Positions 35,235 to 45,275 are shown, counted from the first letter of the stretch. The stretch is 64,000 bases of DNA from Ardenticatenaceae bacterium (GCA_020634435.1 JACKBS010000006.1:527136-591135), one strand, 5' to 3'. The notes: a model not told the origin generated them from the letters alone. Numbers and translations: made by a program.

Positions 35235-36134
35235 TTACAGTTTTTCGCCAAACAGGTGCTCGGAGCGGCTAAAGACAGTATAGCCAATGATGAAGACGAG
35301 AACGGCCGTTACAAACGTACGCAGCACCGCCAATGGATCCATTGAAACGGGGCCGTGACTGCTGACAGTTCCCCACAAAACGGTTCGGTAGCCATCAATG
35401 ATGGAAGCCATCGGATTGAGCCAGCGCATCAGCCGGACCGGATTAAACGCAATGCCCCACAACTCCGACTGAGTGCTGAAGCGCTCAAAGGGGTAAAAAA
35501 CAGGCGTGAGGAAGAACCAAGCCAGCAGCCCTACCTCTAAAATCATCGCCGTGTCACGGTAAAATGTCTGTAGGGTCGCCACCAAGTAAGTCAAACCCAA
35601 CAAGAAGATAACCTGAATTAGCAAGATGACCGGTACCCACAAAGCATGAATCGTTAGCCCTACGCCAAAGGCAAACAGCAGCACTAGCAATACGATTGAG
35701 GCCAGGAGCAAATTGACCAAATTGGATAACATCGTGGCTGTGGGGAGCAAAATGCGCGGGAAATATACTTTTTTAATGATTGCGGCATTACCCGTAATGG
35801 AATGGACGCCGCTATTCATGCTGCCAGTGTGAAACTGCCAGGGAATAAGGGCGACCAAAATAAAAATCGGGTATTTAGGCAGGCTTTCGTTGGGAATAAG
35901 CACAGTGAACAAGAGCGTGTACACGGTCATCATGAGCAGAGGATGGAGTAAGCTCCAGATGACGCCCAAAAAAGAATTTTTGTAGCGCACTTTCAGGTCA
36001 CGAATGACGAGATTTTTGAGCAGATAGCGATAAGCATACAGCTCGCGCAGCTTGCCCGACATGGTTTGTAGGTCTGCTGAATCGAATCTGGGCAGCGGCG
36101 CATTTTGCGAAAGCATTTCTGTGTTGGTTGACAT
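35235..36134 (-). CDS. ABC-2-type polysaccharide/teichoic-acid export permease (Wzm/TagG-like)
   Basis: LKNLVIRDLKVRYKNSFLGVIWSLLHPLLMM signature. 6 TM. 299 aa. Confidence 0.85.
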   Translation of the reverse strand: MSTNTEMLSQNAPLPRFDSADLQTMSGKLRELYAYRYLLKNLVIRDLKVRYKNSFLGVIWSLLHPLLMMTVYTLLFTVLIPNESLPKYPIFILVALIPWQFHTGSMNSGVHSITGNAAIIKKVYFPRILLPTATMLSNLVNLLLASIVLLVLLFAFGVGLTIHALWVPVILLIQVIFLLGLTYLVATLQTFYRDTAMILEVGLLAWFFLTPVFYPFERFSTQSELWGIAFNPVRLMRWLNPMASIIDGYRTVLWGTVSSHGPVSMDPLAVLRTFVTAVLVFIIGYTVFSRSEHLFGEKL

Positions 36135-36192
36135 AAAAATATGAGCCTTTGATTAATTTTCTGGGCAAAAGTATACCATTGGCTAATGGCCG

Positions 36193-37452
36193 TTACGACG
36201 CTTTCCCTAATTTCTCATTTTGCGCGGGTAGGGTGACGACATCGCCATAAAGATTGGCAACGGCCGTTGCATGTTCTATCACGGTTAGCGGTGACACAAT
36301 ATTTTGGCGTAGCTGTGCCAGCAAATTTGGGTCATCGTACAGTTGTTGCAGCCGTTGGGCCAGTTGGTCTACATCTCCGGGCGGAAATTTTAAGCCATCT
36401 ACGCCGTGGCGTACGCGTTCGCCCACTACGCCGAGGTCAGAGGCGATGACGGGCACGCCCATGGCAAACGCCTCCGAAATGACAAAGACAAACGTCTCGT
36501 ACCAGAGCGATGGCACGACGATGACATCCACCTGGGACAGCATCTCCCAAACGGCCGTTCTGTCCAGCTTTCCCAAAAACGTGGCCCGTCCAGCCATCTT
36601 GAGCTGCTTGACATAATCGGGATCAAACTCAGGATCACCGGCCAGCCACAATTCGGCCGTTTCGGGCAGTTGGTTAAATGCTTCCACCAAAACGTGCACA
36701 CCCTTTTGCCAGGACAGCCCACCCACGTAGCCTACGCGGAAGTTGTCGTGCGGCGGCACGGCTGGCTTCTCGGGGTAGTCGAGTCCGGGCGGCAGCACTT
36801 CAATTTTGGCGGTGGGTAGGCCGTGGCTAACGTACCACTGCTTCACAAATTCAGCAGGGGCGATCAGTTTGCTGGCTTGCCGGAGGGCGCGGCGGAGACG
36901 GCCGTTGCGCCAACTCAAGGGTAGCGCCAATGCCGGAACCTCTGGCGCAAATTGGGGTAAATTGGCCCGCACCAACGTGCATTTAGCGCAGTTTAGAAAG
37001 CGGTCGGGGCCAGCGCAGACCGTTTGATCGTAGTTGGTGAGCAGCTGGGCATTGGCGCAAATCCACCAAAAATCCCACAGCGTGACAACGTAAGGAATTT
37101 GCTGCGCCTGCAAAAAGTCCAACATTTGCGTAGGCAGCCCCATCAAATGCTCCACATGCACTACGTCGGGCTGAAATTCACCAATAACTTGCTGGAAGCT
37201 GTGCAGCAGCGGCTGGTTACGGAAGGTGGAAAGCAGGCGATTGGTGGGTTGAAAACGGCCGTTCCACGCTGACCAAATCTTGATCCCGTTCTCCTCACGC
37301 TGGGTCAGCCCGTTGCCCTCGGCACTGCGGCGATGGAAAATGGCCACGTCGTGCCCTTGCTGCTGCAAAGCGCGGGTGAGCCAAACGGTATACAATTCGG
37401 TGCCGCCCACGTGATCGGGCAAATATTGGTGAACCAGGTGAAGAATACGCAT
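36193..37452 (-). CDS. GT4-family glycosyltransferase
   Basis: MRILHLVHQYLPDHVGGTELY N-terminus (ATG 37452). C-terminal ETFVFVISEAFAMGVPVIASDLGVVGERVRHGVDG (EX7E-type). Confidence 0.85.
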   Translation of the reverse strand: MRILHLVHQYLPDHVGGTELYTVWLTRALQQQGHDVAIFHRRSAEGNGLTQREENGIKIWSAWNGRFQPTNRLLSTFRNQPLLHSFQQVIGEFQPDVVHVEHLMGLPTQMLDFLQAQQIPYVVTLWDFWWICANAQLLTNYDQTVCAGPDRFLNCAKCTLVRANLPQFAPEVPALALPLSWRNGRLRRALRQASKLIAPAEFVKQWYVSHGLPTAKIEVLPPGLDYPEKPAVPPHDNFRVGYVGGLSWQKGVHVLVEAFNQLPETAELWLAGDPEFDPDYVKQLKMAGRATFLGKLDRTAVWEMLSQVDVIVVPSLWYETFVFVISEAFAMGVPVIASDLGVVGERVRHGVDGLKFPPGDVDQLAQRLQQLYDDPNLLAQLRQNIVSPLTVIEHATAVANLYGDVVTLPAQNEKLGKAS

Positions 37453-37536
37453 GCTTTTGTCCGGCTGGGGATGGTATGTTAAGATGCCGCGCCTGTCAAA
37501 AAAAGCGGCTTTGGCAGGTATGAAGAGGACAATTTC

Positions 37537-37581
37537 ACGCAAAGGCGCAAAAGGCTGAGGTTTTCCTTCACGCCTTTGCGT
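37537..37581. promoter_or_regulatory. 11-bp perfect inverted repeat ACGCAAAGGCG / CGCCTTTGCGT in divergent promoter region
   Basis: 23-nt loop. Lies between divergent GT starts 37452 (-) and 37632 (+). Confidence 0.35.
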
Positions 37582-37631
37582 AGGCCATTTGAATTTCTGA
37601 CTACAAGTTGGGATTGAGTTTTGAAGAGGGT

Positions 37632-38534
37632 ATGGACGTTTCGATCGTGCTCCTGAATTGGAATGGTGCTGAAGATACGATAGCTTGCCTGCATCCCCTG
37701 CTGGATTGGCGGGCGGTACGGCCGTTTCTCATCGTTGTCGATAATGCATCAGAGGGAGATGACGTGGCTCAGATTCGGCAAGCGTTGCCCGGTGCGCTGC
37801 TTATCCCCAATGAAACCAACGAAGGGTTTTCTGGCGGCTCTAATCGTGGCATGGAAGTTGCTCTCGCGCAGGGTGATGCGCCGATTTTGCTGCTGAACAA
37901 CGATGCAGTGATTGAAGAAACGGCCGTTCTCCGCCTCATCCAAACCCTCGACGAAAATCCCCAAATAGGCATGGTGGTGCCCCAGCTTTTTGATGAACAG
38001 GGCGAACTCGTCGCCGTCGGCGGCAAAAATCCTGCGTTTCATATTCAGACCCGCGTTCAGAGCTTCCTCGATGATGCTCCGGTGCAGATAGTGGAGACAA
38101 TTTCGGGAACGGCCGTACTTATCCAGCCGGCCATGCTGCGGCAGGTGGGGTTGCTGGACGAGCGCTTCTTTTTCAGCACGGAAATGGCCGATTTGTCGCT
38201 GCGGGCAAAGCAGCATGGCTTCGTCTGCGCCGTGGACCGCCGAGCCCAGGCCAGCCACACGATTAGCCGTTCTGCTCCCCTGCGAAACTCACTTTATGTC
38301 TATTATATCGTGCGCAACCGGCTGCTCTTTTTGCGGAATCATTACCGCTGGCGGCTTGATTTACGCACTTTTTGGTTGGCGTACACGCTGGCGTTGGCGC
38401 TTAAGCTGCGGCTGGGCGGGCAGCGCGCGACGGCGCGGGCGGTTTGGCTGGCGCTGCTGGATGGGGTGAACGGCCGTTTCGGCGGCCAAAACGAGCGAGT
38501 GCTGGCCTATTGCCAGGGTGGAGCCAGCGTATGA
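37632..38534 (+). CDS. GT2-family glycosyltransferase (rhamnosyltransferase-like)
   Basis: VSIVLLNWNGAEDTIACL, VVDNASEGDD, NEGFSGGSNRGM, LLNNDA motifs. Confidence 0.85.
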   Translation: MDVSIVLLNWNGAEDTIACLHPLLDWRAVRPFLIVVDNASEGDDVAQIRQALPGALLIPNETNEGFSGGSNRGMEVALAQGDAPILLLNNDAVIEETAVLRLIQTLDENPQIGMVVPQLFDEQGELVAVGGKNPAFHIQTRVQSFLDDAPVQIVETISGTAVLIQPAMLRQVGLLDERFFFSTEMADLSLRAKQHGFVCAVDRRAQASHTISRSAPLRNSLYVYYIVRNRLLFLRNHYRWRLDLRTFWLAYTLALALKLRLGGQRATARAVWLALLDGVNGRFGGQNERVLAYCQGGASV

Positions 38535-39538
38535 ACGTGCTCTACCACCTCACCATCCTGCCGCCCAAAATGCCCCAGGCCGAGGCACTTTCGCAAGAAA
38601 TCTCTGCACTACAAAGCGCTTTTGGCGGCGAGCTGATTTATCTCAATCCCAACATCAGTTCGCCCATTTATCTGCCCCGGCTGCTGTTTGGTTTCCAAAA
38701 ACTGTCGGAGCTGCGCCGCTGCGAGGCCCAAATCGAACTGCACCATGTCTACAACCCGGACCCGTTCCCGTTCCCGATTTTGCGTTTTTTGCGACGGCCG
38801 GTGGTCTACTCGCTCAGCAGCGGCGTGGGGGAAAAACGGCCGAATTTGCGTTTCTTGTCCCGATTAACGGCCGTTACCGTCCCCGACGAACGCAGCTACC
38901 AACGACTGCACGGCTGGGGACTGAAAAATGTGCATTTGGTGCGGGCTGGAGTGGATAACGGCCGTTTCAGCCACACCCCCCAACCGCTCGACGGGCCACT
39001 CCGCCTGCTAGTTGCCTCGGCCCCGTGGACCGCAGCCCAATTCCAGAGCAAGGGCATCGACGCGCTACTGGCCTTCGCTGCCCAGCGCCGCGATGTTGAG
39101 CTAATTTTCCTCTGGCGTGGCCATCATTTAGATGAAATGCAGCGGCGCGTGGCGGGGCATAACCTGGCCGACCGCGTGCAGGTGATTGACGAACTGGTAG
39201 ACGTGAACGCGATCTTGGCCACCGTTCACGCCACCGTCAATCTGGCCAGTGCGGAGGGCATCGTCAAGGCGTACCCCCATTCGCTGCTGGATTCGCTGGC
39301 GGCGGGCAAGCCGGTGCTGGTAAGCCAGGCCATCCCTATGGCCGACTACGTGGCCGAAACTGGTTGCGGCGCGGTGGTCGATGCCGTCACGCCTCGGGCG
39401 ATAGGGCAGGCGGTGGATAGATTGCGGGAAAATTATGGGGAGATGGTGGAAACGGCCGTTCACGTTGGTCAGCGCGATTTTTCTCTTGCGACAATGATCG
39501 ACTCTTATCGGCAGGTGTATGAACAGGTCCTCAGCTGA
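38531..39538 (+). CDS. GT-B-fold glycosyltransferase (GT4-like)
   Basis: ATG 38531 overlaps the upstream stop (ATGA). C-terminal half VELIFLWRG...SLLDSLAAGKPVLVS resembles the GT1/4 donor-binding domain. Confidence 0.6.
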   Translation: MNVLYHLTILPPKMPQAEALSQEISALQSAFGGELIYLNPNISSPIYLPRLLFGFQKLSELRRCEAQIELHHVYNPDPFPFPILRFLRRPVVYSLSSGVGEKRPNLRFLSRLTAVTVPDERSYQRLHGWGLKNVHLVRAGVDNGRFSHTPQPLDGPLRLLVASAPWTAAQFQSKGIDALLAFAAQRRDVELIFLWRGHHLDEMQRRVAGHNLADRVQVIDELVDVNAILATVHATVNLASAEGIVKAYPHSLLDSLAAGKPVLVSQAIPMADYVAETGCGAVVDAVTPRAIGQAVDRLRENYGEMVETAVHVGQRDFSLATMIDSYRQVYEQVLS

Positions 39539-39542
39539 AAAA

Positions 39543-40913
39543 TTACCCTTGACGACGTTTCCAGCGCCAATAGCTCTGAACTTCCTGCCAGAGCGCCCCA
39601 AGCCCACCTAACTGCCAGACTTGCCAGCTTTTTCCAACCAAAGATCGCGGTTGCGAATGGGATACAAACTGACTTGTCTGTTTATCGGCGGCCAGGTGAG
39701 GCTTTTGGCAAAAAGCGATGAGCGGCTGCAAGATTTGATCCCATTGGAACTGACGGGCAATCTGTTGGAATTCTTCAGCCAATTCTGCGCGTAAATTTGG
39801 TGTGTCTAGTAACTCCAAAATGGCCTGTGCCACGCCATCTGTATCCGCCGGTGTGACCAACTTTGCCAGACCGTGGCTGGCTAGTAGCTCGGCTAGCACA
39901 TCCCCTTTGCTCGCCACAGTGGGCAGACCACACCATAAATAATCAAGCAAGCGAGTTCGGAAAGCAAAACGCGTTTCAATGTGGTCCAGGTGTAAACTGA
40001 CGCCAATGTCAGCTTCCAACAAATAATTTTGCCGCTCATTATAGGGCACCCAATCGTTAAAAAAGACATATCGGTTGGTTAGCCCTAACGTCTGGCTCAA
40101 CTGCATGGCCTGTTCAACGGCATCAAATTTGGCAATGGCTTGATACGGCCGTTTTACTCCCATAAAAAACAGCTTCACATCGTTTCGTTGTTGGCTGATC
40201 AGATGCACTGCTCGGATTAAGGTTTCTGCATCTAGCCAGTTCCAAATGCCGCCCCCCCATAAAATTACTCTGTCGTTCGCCGCAATATTTTTATAGACAC
40301 CTTTCAGCACAGACTTTGTCTGGTGTGGTGTTTCCGGGGGCAGGCCAAATGGGACCACGTCTATGAGCTGGCGCAGTGAATGATCCTGCTGATGGGTGTA
40401 GGGGTTCACCCGACCAATTGCTGAAAGAACGCCTAGCCAATAGTCTCGCTGTTTTTCACTAGCGCATAAAATAAAATCGGCCGTATTGAGCTGTGTTTTC
40501 ATTGTGGCTAGATCGCGCTCATAAGTCGTTACGCGCCGCCAATCTTCGGCATCAGCTATTTGTTGTAGACCCTCAAGCAAAAACGTGTTGTACATGTCTA
40601 ATACGAGCGGTATGCCCAACTCACCGAGAAAAGGATAGGCGGTCAGAACAATGCCACGCGTAATGATAACGCCACAACTCTGCACTGCCCGGCGCAGCTC
40701 ATCTTGGGTATGACAAACATAGAATTCAAATGGAGAGTCTGGTTTTTCTTGCGATGCGCTAGCCGCAATTAACGGGGGAATAATAAGCTTAACAGGAAAT
40801 TGCTGGCTTAATTCTTGAGCAAATTCCCAGACACGAATGCCCGGCCCGGCCATGGATGACCCAACTACATCACTACTAATAAGCGCGATGCAATCTGTTC
40901 TGCTTTCACTCAT
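39543..40913 (-). CDS. GT-B-fold glycosyltransferase (GT4-like)
   Basis: VILWGGGIWNWLD, FAFRTRLLDYLWCGLPTVASKGDVLAELL. Start ATG 40913 overlaps the upstream stop by 8 nt. Its stop is only 4 nt from the convergent stop at 39538. Confidence 0.6.
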   Translation of the reverse strand: MSESRTDCIALISSDVVGSSMAGPGIRVWEFAQELSQQFPVKLIIPPLIAASASQEKPDSPFEFYVCHTQDELRRAVQSCGVIITRGIVLTAYPFLGELGIPLVLDMYNTFLLEGLQQIADAEDWRRVTTYERDLATMKTQLNTADFILCASEKQRDYWLGVLSAIGRVNPYTHQQDHSLRQLIDVVPFGLPPETPHQTKSVLKGVYKNIAANDRVILWGGGIWNWLDAETLIRAVHLISQQRNDVKLFFMGVKRPYQAIAKFDAVEQAMQLSQTLGLTNRYVFFNDWVPYNERQNYLLEADIGVSLHLDHIETRFAFRTRLLDYLWCGLPTVASKGDVLAELLASHGLAKLVTPADTDGVAQAILELLDTPNLRAELAEEFQQIARQFQWDQILQPLIAFCQKPHLAADKQTSQFVSHSQPRSLVGKSWQVWQLGGLGALWQEVQSYWRWKRRQG

Positions 40914-42144
40914 TGAGAACCTGCTCATAAACCTGCCGCCAACGTGCAGTAACAATTTGCCACGTATAATTTTGATTCACTTTTTCCTGGCCGTTCTGGC
41001 CAAGTTTTTTTCTTAATTCACTGGAATTGAGCAGGCGTAGCAAAGCATTCCCAAGTGATTCAGGATCGTTGAATGGCACAAGGAGCCCATCTTCCTCTTC
41101 GCTTATGACACTGGGCACCGCCCCAACTCGGCAGCCAATGACTGGTTTTCCGGCAGCCCAGGCTTCAATAAAGGCGATGCCAAAAGATTCGTAGTGAGAG
41201 GGATAGGCAAAAATATCGCATGCGCTAAAAAGCAGCGGCTTTTCTTCTTCAGAAAAATTGTGCTTAAAAATGATTTGTGCCTGCTCCGCCGTTGATAGTT
41301 TGGTGGAGATTAATTCTTGTAGATGTTTGGTAAAGTGGGTTTGTGAACCGGCTATCAAAAGCCGTGCTTCTGGGAACTGAGGCCATACCTGTTTCATGGC
41401 CAAAATGAGCGTGTCTACCCCTTTATTCCGCCCTTGTTGACCGATAAAACCAATCAGGGGAGCGTCATTCAAATCGTACTGTTGGCGGAATTCGTGGGGG
41501 GTAGCTTGCGCAAATGGTTCTATATCTACACCAGCTCCAACTACAGCGATTTTTTCAGGCCGGATGCCCCACTCGTTTACCAGGTAATCCTTTTCGTAAC
41601 TGGACAAGGCAATGTAGGCGTTTGCCTGGCGAATGGCTTCGTAAATCATGGGGCGTTGGTAATTGTATGCATTTAGCGGATGAAGCGCACCGATAAAAAC
41701 TAGAGGCTTGCCCGTATGCTGGCAGGCCTTCAGGGTGGTAAACATGTGTAAAAGCGGAAAGGCCGCCGCTGCTACAATATCGCATTGTGTGGCTTCAATT
41801 GCCCGGCGTAGACCTGGCAAAATGGGACCATTGTAAAGCGTGCGCAGGTATTGGTTGCCAGGCAGATGCAACTGATGGGCAAGCTGCTGAAGATGATACA
41901 GCGGCTTGCCCAAATGATTGTAAACAGCAAAGCGGCGAATGGTTACCCCATTTAATTGGGAAATGCCACTCGGTAGCCGAGGTTGAGAGGGATCTACAAA
42001 CAGCTCATTGTTGTAGCCATCGGCAGTAAAAACGCTTACACGATCTTGGTAAGCGTTCACTAGACTTTCTGATACTTTTTGGATTAGTCGTTCACTTCCA
42101 CCCAGTGCTGGATAGTAACCGTGTACGACATGTAGTACATCCAT
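40906..42144 (-). CDS. GT4-family glycosyltransferase
   Basis: MDVLHVVHGYYPALGGSE and YESFGIAFIEAWAAGKPVIGCRVGAVPSVISEEEDGLLVP. Confidence 0.85.
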   Translation of the reverse strand: MDVLHVVHGYYPALGGSERLIQKVSESLVNAYQDRVSVFTADGYNNELFVDPSQPRLPSGISQLNGVTIRRFAVYNHLGKPLYHLQQLAHQLHLPGNQYLRTLYNGPILPGLRRAIEATQCDIVAAAAFPLLHMFTTLKACQHTGKPLVFIGALHPLNAYNYQRPMIYEAIRQANAYIALSSYEKDYLVNEWGIRPEKIAVVGAGVDIEPFAQATPHEFRQQYDLNDAPLIGFIGQQGRNKGVDTLILAMKQVWPQFPEARLLIAGSQTHFTKHLQELISTKLSTAEQAQIIFKHNFSEEEKPLLFSACDIFAYPSHYESFGIAFIEAWAAGKPVIGCRVGAVPSVISEEEDGLLVPFNDPESLGNALLRLLNSSELRKKLGQNGQEKVNQNYTWQIVTARWRQVYEQVLNE

Positions 42145-42145
42145 T

Positions 42146-44020
42146 TTACCTTGTTATCTGCGGCAAGTAGACGGAAGATAGGTTTTCAACAACCTTGACG
42201 GTAATAGAAACTTGTTCCGGGCTGTTACTTACTGGGTTTCCCCCAGATGTGCCTGATACAGTTATGGTGTAAGTGTTATCGCCCAATGAAAGCCCCGTCG
42301 TATTAATCGTCATCTGGCTGGATGAGCTTAAAGAGAAGCTGCCGCTATCTGGTGTCGCTGTCACTCTTCCGCTGCTGGTACTCACGGTCCACGAAATTGG
42401 GTCACTACCACCATTTTTCAACTGAAGGTTGAAAGTAATTTGAGTATTGTCGCCTAATTCATGCAAAAATAAAAGGGAGCTTGGCTCCACAATAAGGTAG
42501 GGTGGCAATGGCGATACGCCCTGATTAAGCTGGTTTTGCCGAAATACAGGCCACGGCATTTTGCCATTGACACTGCCTGAAAAATCCCATGCATAAATTA
42601 CACCAGATGAGCCGCCACTGTTGGCACCACCAATTACGAGTTCGACGTCACCATCGCCATCAATATCTCCAATTGCCGGAGAGGAGTTTAGCGAAAAGTT
42701 GGTTCCTAAATCCCACTCGCCGGGCTGTGCCGCGTAATTTTTGGGGGTTAGCTGGTTGCCGTTTTTGTCCCAGGCAACTACGTCCCAAGTGGAAACCAGA
42801 AACACTTCAATATTGCCATCACCATCTACATCGGCTGCGACAGGAGAAGCGAGGGTAGCTAGAGACGCACCACCTGGGGTAACTGGGGAAACTGGCCAAC
42901 CTGGCACTTCGCTGCCGTTGCTATTGAGTGCGTGCACTTTGCTATCTGATGAGTTGATGATGACTTCTAGTTCGCCATCATTGTCTAGATCGGCTAAAGC
43001 GGGTGAGCCCCAGGTATAGCCGCCCAAGGTTATAGGCCAATTTGGCAGCGAGTTGCCCGTTCGATCCCAACCATTGATATATTTGCCAACACCGGGTGTA
43101 CAGCCATCAGGGTGTCCGCAGTTTGGATTGCCCCAAAAATAGCCAGTGCCGACAAGAATCTCTGCCCACCCATTGCCGGTAAGATCACCTAATGCAGGGG
43201 ATGAATAAATGACTTCGTTGATGAATTTAGGGAAGCCTGGCAGGGCGTTTCCATCTCTATCCAAAGCCCAAATTCGACCACCTTTGATGATATCTCTGGT
43301 CCAGTCGTCATTGCTGTCGGCGCCAATGATGATATCAAGACGGCCGTCTCGATCTATATCCAAAATTGAAGGCGAAGACCAGATAGTGTCATAGTTTTCG
43401 ACAATCCACACCGGGGTGCAATCGTGGTTGATGAGGTGGATTCTGGCATCCCAGCCACCAAAGGCAATTTCCATTTTGCCACCGTCATTCTGGTCGATGT
43501 CGGCGACGGCGGGAGAAGACCACACCCCATCGCGCCACCCATCCAGTCTGAAATCGCCGGTGGCATAGGTGCACTGTAAGTGCCCTAGGTGGTCAATGAC
43601 ATACAACCCTCCATGCGCATTTGGCGTGAAGGTGCTGCCTGCACCGACGATCACTTCGCTGTGTCCATCGTTGTCGATGTCAGCGATGGCTGCTTTGCCT
43701 TCAATAGCGGCGTTCCCTGTATCATATTCCCACAGCTTGGCACCGGTGCCTCGATAAGCATAAACCTTGCCATCGGCAGCGCCTACAACAATGTCATCAA
43801 TATTGTCGCCATTCACATCCCCAAGGGCTACAGATGAAAAGCGGACACGTTCTCCAGAAAGTGTGACCGGGAAGCCAGACTGATTATTTACGGCACTTGT
43901 CTCTGCAAATACAGAGGCTGGTGTAAGCTGGTCTGAATGAACAAAATTGAGGATAAAAACAATAGCAATCAGTAAAAGCAAACTGTTGAGCGGTAACAAT
44001 TTGTTCTGCTTAATTTTCAT
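42146..44020 (-). CDS. secreted FG-GAP/VCBS-repeat beta-propeller protein with C-terminal Ig-like domain
   Basis: Repeats GDVNGDNIDDIVVGA, ADIDNDGHSEVIVGAG, DIDRDGRLDIIIGA, ADLDNDGELEVII, ADVDGDGNIEVFL, GDIDGDGDVELVIGG. Signal/TM LLPLNSLLLLIAIVFIL. Stop 1 nt from the next start. Confidence 0.8.
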   Translation of the reverse strand: MKIKQNKLLPLNSLLLLIAIVFILNFVHSDQLTPASVFAETSAVNNQSGFPVTLSGERVRFSSVALGDVNGDNIDDIVVGAADGKVYAYRGTGAKLWEYDTGNAAIEGKAAIADIDNDGHSEVIVGAGSTFTPNAHGGLYVIDHLGHLQCTYATGDFRLDGWRDGVWSSPAVADIDQNDGGKMEIAFGGWDARIHLINHDCTPVWIVENYDTIWSSPSILDIDRDGRLDIIIGADSNDDWTRDIIKGGRIWALDRDGNALPGFPKFINEVIYSSPALGDLTGNGWAEILVGTGYFWGNPNCGHPDGCTPGVGKYINGWDRTGNSLPNWPITLGGYTWGSPALADLDNDGELEVIINSSDSKVHALNSNGSEVPGWPVSPVTPGGASLATLASPVAADVDGDGNIEVFLVSTWDVVAWDKNGNQLTPKNYAAQPGEWDLGTNFSLNSSPAIGDIDGDGDVELVIGGANSGGSSGVIYAWDFSGSVNGKMPWPVFRQNQLNQGVSPLPPYLIVEPSSLLFLHELGDNTQITFNLQLKNGGSDPISWTVSTSSGRVTATPDSGSFSLSSSSQMTINTTGLSLGDNTYTITVSGTSGGNPVSNSPEQVSITVKVVENLSSVYLPQITR

Positions 44021-44217
44021 AGTATTTCCTTTACAACTTGAGATAGTGGCAGGGTGTTAACAATACGACGCATTCTCTGAGTGGCCCCTGACCAAACAAG
44101 TGCCCAGTTTAAAATGTTTTGCGATTAGAGGGAAAGATGCTAATTGTACTTTTAAGCGAATCACGAAATAGGTTCGTCAACTATTTGCTTGCAAACTTCG
44201 GGAAAAGGTCTTGCAGA

Positions 44218-45210
44218 TTAGCTAGGTTTTTGCGCCAACATAGTTAAGGGCATATTGGCTATAAGGTGCAAGATGGGCAGCATTGGTCCTGCGATTAGCT
44301 TTTGCCCAAGAGGATAGCGCCACATTGGCAGAAGGACATAGCGGCCCAATCTGCCAAATCTATGCACAATTTGATTAGGATTTTTATTCAATTCGTCCTT
44401 CACTACTGGTGACAAGAAGATTTGCGGCTTTAACCCAGCCTGTCTTGCGGCTTGCAGATATTCTCGTAAAGAATAAATGTTTTCATTGATGCCATGTTCA
44501 ATTTCTATGCAGCCATCCAAGACATTTTTTTGTCTTATTCCACGCACTGGTTCATTAATTAGAATGATCATGCCCCCAGGTTTGAGTGCAATGGACATCT
44601 CTTTTACAGCTTGTTTGGGATCAGAAGTGTGGTGTAGGGTGGCTGTCATGAAGGCGATATCAAAGGTTCCTGGGCGAATTGGTAAATTGTTCATATCGCC
44701 TATGAGCCGCTCAAAGTATATTCCATCATGCTCTAGGAAAATATCGGCCGTTTCCAGACCAATAAACCGTTCTGTCAGAATGTCTATGCCAATTGCGTAG
44801 CTGGCTCCAGCTAAAACCATGTGGCGAGTAGACCAGCATCGTCCAGCACCAACATCTAGCACCTTTTTCCCGGAAAAGTCTACTTTGTCCATAATGTCAT
44901 CGAAACTTTTCGCGACGCTAACCCACAAGTTATCCTCACCATAATGAGGCAGCTGCAACATCGTATTGACTAGCTCTTCAGAGGTTTCTCCGAGTAGTTC
45001 ACTCCACCCCTGTTGCTCACTCTGAATAGTTTGGTCTGGATTCGGCATGAGGTCCACGATGCCCTTAGAAATGGGAAATGTGCTTTTGCAGGCGCGGCAG
45101 ATTATCTGCCCCTCCCGAACTTCATGTGTGTCGGCAACGGCCGTTTCTAGTTCAAATTCCACTGCTTTACAAATTGGGCAGCTTATGAAATCTAAAAGTT
45201 CTTTACGCAT
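44218..45210 (-). CDS. class I SAM-dependent methyltransferase with N-terminal Trm112-like zinc ribbon
   Basis: CPICKAVEF...ICRACKSTFPISKGIVDL. Motif I VLDVGAGRCW. GGMIILINEP. Confidence 0.8.
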   Translation of the reverse strand: MRKELLDFISCPICKAVEFELETAVADTHEVREGQIICRACKSTFPISKGIVDLMPNPDQTIQSEQQGWSELLGETSEELVNTMLQLPHYGEDNLWVSVAKSFDDIMDKVDFSGKKVLDVGAGRCWSTRHMVLAGASYAIGIDILTERFIGLETADIFLEHDGIYFERLIGDMNNLPIRPGTFDIAFMTATLHHTSDPKQAVKEMSIALKPGGMIILINEPVRGIRQKNVLDGCIEIEHGINENIYSLREYLQAARQAGLKPQIFLSPVVKDELNKNPNQIVHRFGRLGRYVLLPMWRYPLGQKLIAGPMLPILHLIANMPLTMLAQKPS

Positions 45211-45275
45211 TTGTTGTTTGAGTCCCTTTAGAATTTGCGAATGTTATCAAGTCCAGTCGATACAGGGGCGGCTGA

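Noticed and set aside
35048-35287. 79-aa ORF between the LCP and wzm genes, plus a faintly tRNA-like stretch (gtcgtagccctctggtagtac) at about 35180-35215
   Set aside because: The ORF has no SD or promoter logic and overlaps the wzm 3' end. The tRNA-like stretch lacks a foldable acceptor stem, anticodon arm and GTTCRANYC T-loop.
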